Source: Candidatus Aenigmatarchaeota archaeon (GTDB taxonomy: Archaea > Aenigmatarchaeota > Aenigmatarchaeia > QMZS01). From it: a stretch of 64,000 nt of DNA. The notes under the pieces were generated by a model. It had not been told where the DNA came from. It did no database searches and saw only the letters and a list, made by a program, of their open reading frames with translations. A program made the position numbers and the translations under genes. Of this stretch, positions 37,740 to 46,476 are shown in pieces (within the stretch, counting starts at the first letter, position 1; every line of letters begins with the position of its first letter). The stretch lies in assembly GCA_023134135.1 (NCBI GenBank), contig JAGLVB010000003.1, forward strand, positions 16,630 to 80,629. Direction: 5' to 3'.

Positions 37740-38100
37740 GTAGAACTCTGGTTAATAATTATCTTCAATTATTCCCATTGCTCAATAACAACAAATATTT
37801 CTTTGGAATAATTGTAATTATTCAGAGTTAATAGTATTCTTAAGTTATTTCATTTATTATCTTAATCCCATCCAATTAAAAATCTCCCTGAATTCTTATT
37901 CCAATCCTCACACCGATTAACAATTATCTTCAAGTCTCACATTAATTTTCTCTTTAACAATTTTCTTTATTCATCTTAATCCTCACATTTTTCATTTATC
38001 TTTTTTATCTCTCCGATTAATAAACCACTCAATTCTGATTCTAACCCTCACATTGATTAATAATCTTCTTCACTTATTACATTAATCCCGTTCATTTTTA
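37740..38100. repeat. Degenerate CT-rich tandem repeat tract
   Basis: Three words recur with a period of about 50-60 bp: CTTAATCC, CCTCACA(N)GATTAA(C/T)AAT and (A)TCTTCA. Examples are aatcctcacaccgattaacaattatcttca and aaccctcacattgattaataatcttcttca. No ORF spans the tract. Confidence 0.5.
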
Positions 38101-38158
38101 AAAGCGCTGAAGCAGTCCCATTACCATTAACAACTTCCTTAGGGTTTTATTATACTAT

Positions 38159-38761
38159 TTAAATTTTTCCATAGTGTTTCTTAACTTTTTCTGGTAAATA
38201 AGAAAACTTTTTAATACCTTTCCACCAATTGGTTGAATTCTGTTCTTTTAAAATAGTTCCAAGCCTCTTTGCAGATTCTGTTTGTAGCCTTTCAATTTGA
38301 TTAACAATCCAATCTTCAGTTTCATATCCTTTTTCTAAGAGTTCTTTTGTAGTTACAGCCAACTCAAGTAAATCAGCATCCCTCGCAATAATACCTGCTT
38401 TGTCCTCTGCATGTTCAAATTTTTCCCAAAGTTCAAAAATTTCCTTACCAATATCTCCAAGTTTATCCGTTTGTTCTTTAACTGCATTTGCTTCATCACA
38501 TTTTATATATCTACTTGCAATCTTGTTTATATCTCCAACCCTGCATTCTCCGATTTCGTGAAAAACAGCAATTGTGCAGACTTCATAAGGATTCTCATAA
38601 TTTTCAAGTTTTGCAAGGAGATAAGCGATTTGCGCTACTCTTAAGGTATGTTCTCCTATACTATCTCTATCTTTGACCCCTGCTAACCTTAATCCATCAT
38701 GATTAACAAATCTTTGTTGCCCAAGTTCAAATATAAAATCCCATATATTTTCATCTTCCAT
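38159..38761 (-). CDS. HD-domain phosphohydrolase (YfbR/HDDC2-like 5'-nucleotidase family) with HE in place of HD
   Basis: HTLRVAQIAYLLA supplies the first His, and VFHEIGECRVGDI aligns with the HDDC2 block VHDMAECIVGDI. Confidence 0.7.
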   Translation of the reverse strand: MEDENIWDFIFELGQQRFVNHDGLRLAGVKDRDSIGEHTLRVAQIAYLLAKLENYENPYEVCTIAVFHEIGECRVGDINKIASRYIKCDEANAVKEQTDKLGDIGKEIFELWEKFEHAEDKAGIIARDADLLELAVTTKELLEKGYETEDWIVNQIERLQTESAKRLGTILKEQNSTNWWKGIKKFSYLPEKVKKHYGKI

Positions 38762-38954
38762 AATTAATTGATTTATCTTTTTTTAAAATATTGGAGTTAC
38801 CCAAATCCCAACAGACAAGCGCTGCAAAGTTTCATATTCAGATATGTTATAAAATTTTATAAACCCTTTTATTCAATTATTTTTGGTAATTTTCTTTTTC
38901 TGTGGTTTTATAGTTTTATTATTTTCTTCTTTCTTCAAATATTTTATTATTCCA

Positions 38955-39045
38955 GTTTCCTCGTTGCGTAGCAACGGGACATTCTTTTGCTTTGCAAAAG
39001 ATGCATCGTTTTTGGAAACGCTTGCACCGTTCAGAGAACGAGTGT
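38955..39045. promoter_or_regulatory. Series of four short CGTT...AACG palindromes just 3' of ppaC (candidate terminator or regulator sites)
   Basis: The four palindromes are cgttgcgtagcaacg, cttttgctttgcaaaag, cgtttttggaaacg and cgttcagagaacg, consecutive within about 90 bp. Confidence 0.35.
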
Positions 39046-39966
39046 TTCTTTTAACTGAGGCACAATCTGTTTTTTTCTTGAAACAATATGTTCAGCAAAC
39101 ATTACATTGTTTTCTAAGTTGCCTTTGAAAATTTCTTTGGCAAGATTAATTTCTTCGTCTCCCACTAGATACAAATAAGTGTTTTTTTTGAGAATGTCCA
39201 CGACACCGAAGAACAAATAATCCAGACCGTCTTTTTGTTTTTTGTCTTTTAATGCTTCCAGAATTTCCTCTTTCTTTTCATTAACTGTTGAAGGCATAAC
39301 AGTCTCCCACACTCCGATACCAACCTTTGATTTTCCCATTTCAAAAAACTTGTAATCTTTTTCAATTATTTCATTTGTTTCGATTCCTTCCAGACTGGAT
39401 TTTGCCTTGAACATTTTCATTGAATAATCTTTTAGATTTAACCCCGCGATTTTATTTAATTCCTCCAATATGGTTCTGTCTTCATCAGTTGTGGTCGGTG
39501 AATTCAAAAACAAAGTGTCTGAAATAATTGCAGATGCCATTAAGCAGGCAACTTCCCGGGTTATTTCCAGATTTTTTTCTTTCAGGATTTTATATAACAC
39601 CGTACAGGTGCATCCGAGAGGTTCAATTCTTGCATAAATTTGTTTTGAAGATTTCAATCCACCCAAGTTGTGATGGTCTATGACTGCAAAAAGATTGTTT
39701 TCATTTATACCCTCAATAAGCTGTGTTTGTTCTGTGGTATCAACCAGAATCACTTCTTCTTTATTGACTTTCTTTAACAGTTCAGGCAATTTAATTGTTG
39801 ATTCTGTGAGATACTTTAAGATAAATTTTGTTTCATTATTTAATTCTCCCGCCCTCTTTGCGACTGCGTAATGCCCGAACAGAGAATCGCTGTAATAGGA
39901 TATTATCATTGGGGAGATAATTGAATCTGTATCCGGATTTTTATGCCCTATTGCAATAAGTTCCAT
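39031..39966 (-). CDS. ppaC: Manganese-dependent inorganic pyrophosphatase (family II, DHH/DHHA2)
   Basis: The N-terminal IAIGHKNPDTDSI, the VIDHHN motif, and the 311-aa length fit family II PPase. Confidence 0.8.
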   Translation of the reverse strand: MELIAIGHKNPDTDSIISPMIISYYSDSLFGHYAVAKRAGELNNETKFILKYLTESTIKLPELLKKVNKEEVILVDTTEQTQLIEGINENNLFAVIDHHNLGGLKSSKQIYARIEPLGCTCTVLYKILKEKNLEITREVACLMASAIISDTLFLNSPTTTDEDRTILEELNKIAGLNLKDYSMKMFKAKSSLEGIETNEIIEKDYKFFEMGKSKVGIGVWETVMPSTVNEKKEEILEALKDKKQKDGLDYLFFGVVDILKKNTYLYLVGDEEINLAKEIFKGNLENNVMFAEHIVSRKKQIVPQLKETLVL

Positions 39967-40072
39967 AATTTACCTATTTTTATTTATTCTCAGGGATTAT
40001 GTCTTATTTTGGGGAATAAAGGTATAATTGGGAGGTTTTCACGATATTTAAAGGTTTTCAGGTAAATTATAT

Positions 40073-40285
40073 ATGGCAGATAAAATAAAAGGAGAAGTAA
40101 AATTCTTTAACGACTTCAAAGGCTTTGGATTCATTGCTGGAGAAGATGGAAAAGAATATTTCGTACACAGCACAGGTCTTAAAGAAGGAACAAAAATAAA
40201 CGATGGAGACAAAGTTGTGTTTGAGATAGAACAGGGAGATAAAGGTCCAAAAGCAGCAAATGTTGAAAAGGACACTTCCGAATAA
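40073..40285 (+). CDS. csp: Cold-shock protein (CspA family)
   Basis: KGEVKFFNDFKGFGFI carries the RNP1 motif and FVHSTGL the RNP2 motif. The protein is 70 aa. Confidence 0.85.
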   Translation: MADKIKGEVKFFNDFKGFGFIAGEDGKEYFVHSTGLKEGTKINDGDKVVFEIEQGDKGPKAANVEKDTSE

Positions 40286-40340
40286 TTCTAATTTTGTGAG
40301 TAAAATTTTGTTTTAAATTTGACAAATAGAATTGAAATAG

Positions 40341-40378
40341 TTTATTTTTTAAGTTGTTTTGAAATTTGAGAATAGTGG
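40341..40378. repeat. Direct repeat copy 1 (about 38 bp), paired with the copy at 43081-43118; the two flank the ssuABC-like operon
   Basis: TTTATTTTTTAAGTTGTTTTGAAATTTGAGAATAG aligns with TTTATTTTTTAAGTTGTTTTTGAAATTCAAGATAAG. A 24-nt identical core is followed by about 85% identity. Confidence 0.6.
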
Positions 40379-40496
40379 AGCGTATATAAGATTTGATAAG
40401 ATTGCTGGAATGATTGAGTTTATTTAATCAAATATTTCTCGATACTTTTCTTTAGAATTAAAATAACAAGTATTTATTATTTTAAATAATGTATAT

Positions 40497-41498
40497 ATGG
40501 GGAAAAATAGAGTATATAAATATATTGCAGCAATTATTATTCTAATTATTGGTCTAAGCGGATGCACCTCCCAGCAGCAAGCAGAAGAAGCAAAATTAAA
40601 TACAATAACAATTGGTGTCCAGCCAAGCACACACCAGATTGCTGAAATGGTAGCAATGGATAAAGGATGGTGGCATGAGATTTTTAGCAAATATGGGATT
40701 ACAAAAACAGAAGATAGATTATTCCCAAGCGGTCCCCCGGAAATGCATGCAATGCTTGGAGGAGAACTTGACATTGCTTATGTGGGCGCAGCGCCCGCAA
40801 TAAGCGCTATTTCAAAAGGTCTTGACGCAAAAATAATAGCGGCAGTCCAGATTAGCGGTTCCGCGCTTGTATTAAAACCAGAACTTGCGGATAGTTATAA
40901 AGGTCCAAATGATCTTATCGGCAAAAAAATCGCAACATTTCCCCCAGGTTCAATTCAGGACAGCGTCCTTAAACACTGGCTAAAACAGAACAATATTGAC
41001 CCTGACAAAGATTTAAGAATTGTTGCCATGGGTCCTGGCGATGCTATAACCGCAATAGAAGCGGGACAGATAGATGGAGTATTTCTTCCAGCTCCATCCC
41101 CTTCAAAAATAGAACTTGACAAAAAAGGAAAAATGGTAGAGCTATCCGGCACAATGTGGCCTGATCACGCATGCTGTGTTATTGTTGTAAGCGGCAAATT
41201 AATAAGAGAATATCCTGAGATGGTGAAAGAAATTCTGGATATCCATATTAGAGCAACAAATTATATTTATTCGGACACAGATGACGCAAAAAAGATATGC
41301 GCAAAAAAAATAAAACTTTCAGAAGAGGTGATTGATTATTCACTGAAACACTGGGACGGCGCATGGATAACAGATCCCAAAGAAATCGTTAATTCTGTGC
41401 TTTCCTTTGCAAAAGTTCAATATGATTTGGGTTATATTGAAAAAATGCCAAAACAGGAAGATTTATTTGATATGAGTTTTTACAATCAGATACAATAA
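40497..41498 (+). CDS. ABC transporter substrate-binding lipoprotein (NMT1/SsuA/TauA family)
   Basis: A signal peptide with lipobox LSGC, and a periplasmic-binding-fold body typical of sulfonate/nitrate/bicarbonate binding proteins. Confidence 0.75.
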   Translation: MGKNRVYKYIAAIIILIIGLSGCTSQQQAEEAKLNTITIGVQPSTHQIAEMVAMDKGWWHEIFSKYGITKTEDRLFPSGPPEMHAMLGGELDIAYVGAAPAISAISKGLDAKIIAAVQISGSALVLKPELADSYKGPNDLIGKKIATFPPGSIQDSVLKHWLKQNNIDPDKDLRIVAMGPGDAITAIEAGQIDGVFLPAPSPSKIELDKKGKMVELSGTMWPDHACCVIVVSGKLIREYPEMVKEILDIHIRATNYIYSDTDDAKKICAKKIKLSEEVIDYSLKHWDGAWITDPKEIVNSVLSFAKVQYDLGYIEKMPKQEDLFDMSFYNQIQ

Positions 41499-41520
41499 AA
41501 AATGAATTATATCTATATTT

Positions 41521-42309
41521 ATGAACAACCTTAAAAAAAATAAAATCCAGATATTCTCCATTCTTCTCTTCTTATTCCTTTGGCAGATAATTTCACAATA
41601 TCTTATAAATGACCCTCTTATACTTCCGACTGTAAGTGAGGTAATAAAAGCCTTTTTTGAATTATCTTCTGATATTCCAATAGATCTCGCAGTAAGCCTG
41701 CTTCATTTATCAACCGGTCTCTTTTTCGCTCTTATTATCGGGATTCCGATTGGCGCATTAATGGGGTGGTACAAGAACGCAGACCAGTTTTTTGATCCAA
41801 TTATTGAAATGCTCAGACCAATACCCCCATTGGCATGGATTCCTTTTGCAATAATCTGGTTTGGTCTTTCGGATTATTCTGCGGGGTTTATCATATTTAT
41901 AGGAGCATTGTTTCCTATTTTGACAAACACCTATACCGGGTTTCGCAATATCCCCAAACGGCTTGTTGAAGCAGCAAAAGTATTGGGTTGCAAAAAAAAC
42001 ATTAATCTGATAAGACATGTTGCTTTGCCTTCTTCCTTCCCTTATATTCTTTCAGGCATCAGAATATCTATTGGCATTGGATGGATGTGCGTTGTTGCAG
42101 CAGAGATGTTTGGACTGGATAACTATGGTCTGGGCAATGTTGGTGTGGGAAATATGCTGTGGCAATATTACTCCCTTCATATGATGGATAGGGTTGCATT
42201 ATATATGCTTATCCTTGGGGTAATGGGTCTGTCAATGGACAGATTGCTTAAATACGCAGAAGCAAACTTATTAAAATGGAAAAAAGGAACAAATATAAGA
42301 CAAATATAA
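41521..42309 (+). CDS. ABC transporter permease (SsuC/TauC/NitT family)
   Basis: Six helices and an EAA-like loop (LGCKKNINLIRHVALPSSFPYILSGIRIS). Confidence 0.8.
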   Translation: MNNLKKNKIQIFSILLFLFLWQIISQYLINDPLILPTVSEVIKAFFELSSDIPIDLAVSLLHLSTGLFFALIIGIPIGALMGWYKNADQFFDPIIEMLRPIPPLAWIPFAIIWFGLSDYSAGFIIFIGALFPILTNTYTGFRNIPKRLVEAAKVLGCKKNINLIRHVALPSSFPYILSGIRISIGIGWMCVVAAEMFGLDNYGLGNVGVGNMLWQYYSLHMMDRVALYMLILGVMGLSMDRLLKYAEANLLKWKKGTNIRQI

Positions 42310-42311
42310 TT

Positions 42312-43067
42312 ATGTACCAACTTCAATTAAAGAACCTGTCCAAGACATTTAAAAGAAACAGCAAAAAGCTATTAGTATTGGACAATATCAACCTAAATGT
42401 AAAGAAATCAGAATTTATAGCAATAGTCGGTCCCTCTGGCTGCGGGAAGACAACTTTGCTGAGAATAATTATGGGTCTGGAGCATCCTTCCAAAGGAAGC
42501 ATAAAATTGGATGACAAAAGCATCAAAGAGGTAAGTTCTGCTTTGGGAATGGTGTTTCAGGAATTTTCATTATTTGGGTGGAGAACAGTGCTTGAAAATG
42601 TTACTTTTGGTCTGGAGATGAAAAAACTGGGGAGAAAAGAACAAATGAAAATCAGTGAAGAATATCTCAAACTTGTTGATTTGGAAGATTTTAAAAAGCA
42701 TTATCCATGTGAACTCTCGGGAGGAATGAAACAAAGGGTTGCTGTGGCGCGGGCTCTGGCTACAAACCCTGAAGTATTGTTAATGGATGAGCCTTTCGGG
42801 GCTTTGGATGAACAGACAAGAAATACTCTTCAAACAGAACTTATTAAAATATGGAAAAAAACAAGAAAAACAGTTATTTTTATTACGCATAATATTGAAG
42901 AAGCAATATTCCTTGCCCAAAGAATAGTTATCCTGTCAAAAACACCTTCAACAGTGAACAGAATTATTGAAAACAAATTACCTTATCCAAGAGATAAATT
43001 AGCTCCGGATTTTATTAAATTGAAATGCGATATAACCAGACACTTTTATGATGGTAAAGATAAATGA
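42312..43067 (+). CDS. ABC transporter ATP-binding protein (SsuB/TauB-like)
   Basis: Walker A GPSGCGKTT, signature LSGGMKQRVAVARAL, Walker B LLMDEP. The start is taken at MYQLQL; the ORF frame opens at 42276 inside the permease gene. Confidence 0.85.
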   Translation: MYQLQLKNLSKTFKRNSKKLLVLDNINLNVKKSEFIAIVGPSGCGKTTLLRIIMGLEHPSKGSIKLDDKSIKEVSSALGMVFQEFSLFGWRTVLENVTFGLEMKKLGRKEQMKISEEYLKLVDLEDFKKHYPCELSGGMKQRVAVARALATNPEVLLMDEPFGALDEQTRNTLQTELIKIWKKTRKTVIFITHNIEEAIFLAQRIVILSKTPSTVNRIIENKLPYPRDKLAPDFIKLKCDITRHFYDGKDK

Positions 43068-43080
43068 AATATTTAACAAC

Positions 43081-43118
43081 TTTATTTTTTAAGTTGTTTT
43101 TGAAATTCAAGATAAGAA
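43081..43118. repeat. Direct repeat copy 2; it overlaps the stop and last 8 codons of the SdpI-like gene
   Basis: See copy 1. The minus-strand translation of this copy is EFQKQLKK*. Confidence 0.6.
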
Positions 43119-43726
43119 TAAATTATCGTATACAAAGCAATTAAAATTGCGGGAATTATTATAAAATATATTGCCTGATCTGGGAAGAATATTCCCATGA
43201 ACGCAATTATACCTGCCAATCTGAATAATTTTCCTGCTAATTTATGCGTTTTATCCCATACTTTTTCATTGCTCATAGTCCAGGGGGTTCTTATTCCTAT
43301 AAACCAATTTCTTTTTATATTTTCAAGAAGACCTCCGATATAATAGAACATAATCCCTATTAAAACTGGAAGGACTAAATTCAGGCTTATTTTAGTTCCA
43401 AGATTCCAGAGAATTATGTGGATTTGGATTAATAGCATGAAGATAAAAAATATGATTATGAATCCATTATAATATTTTCTGGATTTCTCAATATTTTCCT
43501 TTAAGGGGTCTATTCTTGGGATGGCTATGAAAAGCAAAGCGAGTCCTGTGAGAATGAAAGGCAATAAAAACAAGCCCCAAAACTTTGACATGTAACCATC
43601 TACTTCCCCCTGAGCATTCCAGTGCGAAGCCATTTCGTCGGGTAATTGTGGGTAAAAATATAAACTGATTATAAATGAAATTAGGAGTAAGATTAAAAGA
43701 AATAATTCTGATTTGTTTAGTTTCAT
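43082..43726 (-). CDS. SdpI/YhfL-family membrane protein with N-terminal DUF1648-like region
   Basis: Three to four helices plus an HWNAQGEVDGY motif typical of the DUF1648/SdpI family. Confidence 0.55.
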   Translation of the reverse strand: MKLNKSELFLLILLLISFIISLYFYPQLPDEMASHWNAQGEVDGYMSKFWGLFLLPFILTGLALLFIAIPRIDPLKENIEKSRKYYNGFIIIFFIFMLLIQIHIILWNLGTKISLNLVLPVLIGIMFYYIGGLLENIKRNWFIGIRTPWTMSNEKVWDKTHKLAGKLFRLAGIIAFMGIFFPDQAIYFIIIPAILIALYTIIYSYLEFQKQLKK

Positions 43727-43771
43727 AAGTTTATAGGATTATTGGATAAAAATAATTGTGAAAATGAAGAA

Positions 43772-44119
43772 TTAGGGTTCAATTAAACCTGTGCATCTCC
43801 AGTTTATTTCCGCTTCTTTTGATATTACATAAACAACACATGCAGGATTGCATCCTTCTTTTTCTATATCCAAATCAATCCACCAACTTCCTGTATCCTC
43901 ATTGCACATATAAGTCTCTTTAAGTCTATCCCCGCATTCACTATTGACTGCTATTTCTTTAGCTTCAGAAAGAGATAATCCTTGCTTCGCCTCTTCAGGA
44001 ATGGATAATCCTTCTTTTTCTCTAAGATAACAATATTCTTCTTCTTGAGGATAAAAGTAAATTCCTAAAGCAATTACTGAAACAAGAATGACAATTCCAA
44101 CAATTAAACTATTTTTCAT
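43772..44119 (-). CDS. Small Cys-rich secreted or anchored protein
   Basis: An N-terminal transmembrane/signal segment (IVGIVILVSVIALGIYFY) and six Cys in the mature part. Confidence 0.35.
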   Translation of the reverse strand: MKNSLIVGIVILVSVIALGIYFYPQEEEYCYLREKEGLSIPEEAKQGLSLSEAKEIAVNSECGDRLKETYMCNEDTGSWWIDLDIEKEGCNPACVVYVISKEAEINWRCTGLIEP

Positions 44120-44283
44120 AAGATAATATTGATTCCTTCTTTAATAACCCGATTGTTCTTACGAGATTGGATTTAACTCGCAGTTCAAAGAAGTTTTTGG
44201 AATTGTGATTTGAGTAGAGCCGAAGGCGGAACTGTTCAATGCCTGTTATACGAGGATAAGCGAAGCGTTTTGAGTTTAGGAAT

Positions 44284-44709
44284 TTACCGTTTTATTTGAT
44301 TTATATTATCAATAGAAATCCACGCGGACATCATACCAAATCCACTTTTGTCTATAAAAAAAGGAGAAATCTCTTTAATATTTTCCAGAAAAATTAAGAT
44401 GCAGTAACGCTTGGTTTTAATTCCTTCAAAAAAAAGTTTTAAATTTTGAATTCCAATTTGTTTGCCAAATTCCAAAAGAATTTTATTTACTTTACCTGGA
44501 GTTAAATCTTCGAATTGAATAACTTGTTTTACTTTTGATTTTACAGTTACTGCGCATCCTGAATTTTGGAAATATACTATATCCCTTTTTTTTATTTTAT
44601 TCCAGGGAGATTTTCTTGAATTATACCATCTTGATTCTATAATTTTATCACTGGAAGTTATTTTTTCAAGATATCCTAATGATTTTTTCATGATTGCAAG
44701 ATGTTCCAT
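44284..44709 (-). CDS. ASCH/PUA-like domain protein (tentative)
   Basis: The 141-aa size and the N-terminal segment IMKKSLGYLEKITSSDKIIESRW resemble the ASCH beta-barrel. Confidence 0.35.
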   Translation of the reverse strand: MEHLAIMKKSLGYLEKITSSDKIIESRWYNSRKSPWNKIKKRDIVYFQNSGCAVTVKSKVKQVIQFEDLTPGKVNKILLEFGKQIGIQNLKLFFEGIKTKRYCILIFLENIKEISPFFIDKSGFGMMSAWISIDNINQIKR

Positions 44710-44771
44710 ATTTAATAAGCGAATTTCTTTTAATAAAAATTTATCGATAGGTAAATTCCGGGCAACTCTTT

Positions 44772-45311
44772 TTATTCTTCAGTCAACTTTCTCCAGTTTT
44801 CCTTATAATACTCGAATTTCTTTTTAAATTCCTCTTTTGGAGTTAAATTGATGTTGAGGGATTTTAGGTTTTGTTTTAATTCCTCAAGAATTTTCATTGC
44901 CTGTTTTTCTTCGGTGGAACACATTTTCTCCAGTTCAATTATGTATCCGTATCCCTTTGTGAAATCCATGCACACTTTGGTTTTATTCCACTCAAATTCA
45001 TATCTTTTTCTGAACCATTTTATTTCCACATTATATCCTAAACCAACAAACAGGTTTTCAAGATTTTCAAATTCATCCCTGCTGAATTTTATTTCAATTT
45101 CCTCCCTGCATTCATCATGGAGGTTGCCTTTCTTCATCCAGATTTTTGAATAAAAATTGTTTTTCTGTATTCTTAAATCCTGTTTGGAATCAAAATAAAA
45201 TGTTTCCTGATAATCCTCTTTAATCAGTTTGGCATTTTCCCTGAAAAAGTTTAAGAGTTTTTCATATTGTTTTTTTGAGATGAAGCTTCTTATTTCTAAT
45301 TCTTGGTTCAT
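44772..45311 (-). CDS. CYTH-domain protein (triphosphate tunnel metalloenzyme / class IV adenylate cyclase-like)
   Basis: ELEIRSFIS opens the domain in the way CYTH domains do (EiE.Kf), and there is an internal EIEIKF. The 179-aa length fits CyaB-like CYTH proteins. Confidence 0.5.
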   Translation of the reverse strand: MNQELEIRSFISKKQYEKLLNFFRENAKLIKEDYQETFYFDSKQDLRIQKNNFYSKIWMKKGNLHDECREEIEIKFSRDEFENLENLFVGLGYNVEIKWFRKRYEFEWNKTKVCMDFTKGYGYIIELEKMCSTEEKQAMKILEELKQNLKSLNINLTPKEEFKKKFEYYKENWRKLTEE

Positions 45312-45474
45312 AATTTTATAGAAATATTGGATAAAAATTGAATCAATATTGGAATTTTACGAAGAGAAAATGTGGATGAAACGAAACCGTAAAATTCTTT
45401 GTTAAATTTCATTCACCCATAGAATCGAAAGGTTATAGCCTCAAAGAGATAAAGAAGTTCTGACGAAATATACT

Positions 45475-45771
45475 TTATTTTTTCTTTTCAACTAAATCTC
45501 CAAGCCATATTCCAAATATAAATAAAATAATAGCTAGAAGAAGTAAAAAACTCAACACAATACCCATTATTGTTACAATTAACTCATCTATAAAACCAAC
45601 CCCAGTACTAAAGTTATACAAAAAATATATTATTGCAAAAAGAACGGCAAAACCACCAAAATCGCATAATATTTGATACATCAAACTTAAATTTGTCTTT
45701 CCATGAATAAAATAACCAAATAGGAATCCTATAACAATGAAAAATACGACCGCAATTATGAAATGTATCAT
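45475..45771 (-). CDS. Small membrane protein (3 transmembrane helices)
   Basis: 98 aa, almost entirely hydrophobic. Confidence 0.35.
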   Translation of the reverse strand: MIHFIIAVVFFIVIGFLFGYFIHGKTNLSLMYQILCDFGGFAVLFAIIYFLYNFSTGVGFIDELIVTIMGIVLSFLLLLAIILFIFGIWLGDLVEKKK

Positions 45772-45864
45772 ATATAAGTTATTTTAATAAATATTTAAAC
45801 ATATCCAGATTTTAGTTATAATTTACACCAATAGGGGTTCAATAAATAATATTTATTTAAAATT

Positions 45865-46476
45865 ATGAGAATTGTAGAAAATTATAGCCACTTGAACGGT
45901 TACGAATCTTTAAAAGTTCATAAAAAACAGATTCTTGATGAAATAAAAAATATAATAAAAAACATTAATGCAAATAATTTCAAAACAAAAATAAGTAAAG
46001 AAAAAACTATGAAAGGAAAGAATTTATTTAATCCAGTTGAAATAAATAAAGCATTTAAAGAAGCATTTTATAAAAAAGGTTGGAAAGAAAGCCGATATGC
46101 TTATTGTGTTACTACAGATGAAGAAGACGTAAAAAATACACAAAATTTATCATTATTAGAACAAAAAGAATATTTTAAGAATAAAAATAAAAAAATTATT
46201 CCTTCTTATAATCAGACTGATTTTGTAAAAGATAAGGTTGCTGTTGAAGTTCAATTTGGAAAATATGCTTTTGTTGCCTATGACTTATTTGTTAAACATA
46301 TGTTATTCTATACAGGTGGGGTTATTAATGTGGGTGTTGAAATATTACCTATGAAAGAAATGCAGAAAGAAATGTCCTCTGGAGTTGCATATTATGAAGG
46401 AGAAGTTTATAATTTAATGAGACAAGGAAGAACAAGCCCACCTGTTCCTTTATTAATCATAGGAATTGCTCATTAA
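45865..46476 (+). CDS. Type II restriction endonuclease, BglII-like
   Basis: DFVKDKVAVEVQ gives D-x8-E-x-Q, the BglII catalytic signature (Asp84 / Glu93 / Gln95). The 203-aa size fits BglII (223 aa). The gene is convergent with a methyltransferase and overlaps it by 4 bp. Confidence 0.6.
   Translation: MRIVENYSHLNGYESLKVHKKQILDEIKNIIKNINANNFKTKISKEKTMKGKNLFNPVEINKAFKEAFYKKGWKESRYAYCVTTDEEDVKNTQNLSLLEQKEYFKNKNKKIIPSYNQTDFVKDKVAVEVQFGKYAFVAYDLFVKHMLFYTGGVINVGVEILPMKEMQKEMSSGVAYYEGEVYNLMRQGRTSPPVPLLIIGIAH

Noticed and set aside
37740-38100. Possible degraded CRISPR array
   Set aside because: Unit length and spacing are irregular, the 'repeats' differ at many positions, the 'spacers' contain the same words, and there are no cas genes anywhere in the window.
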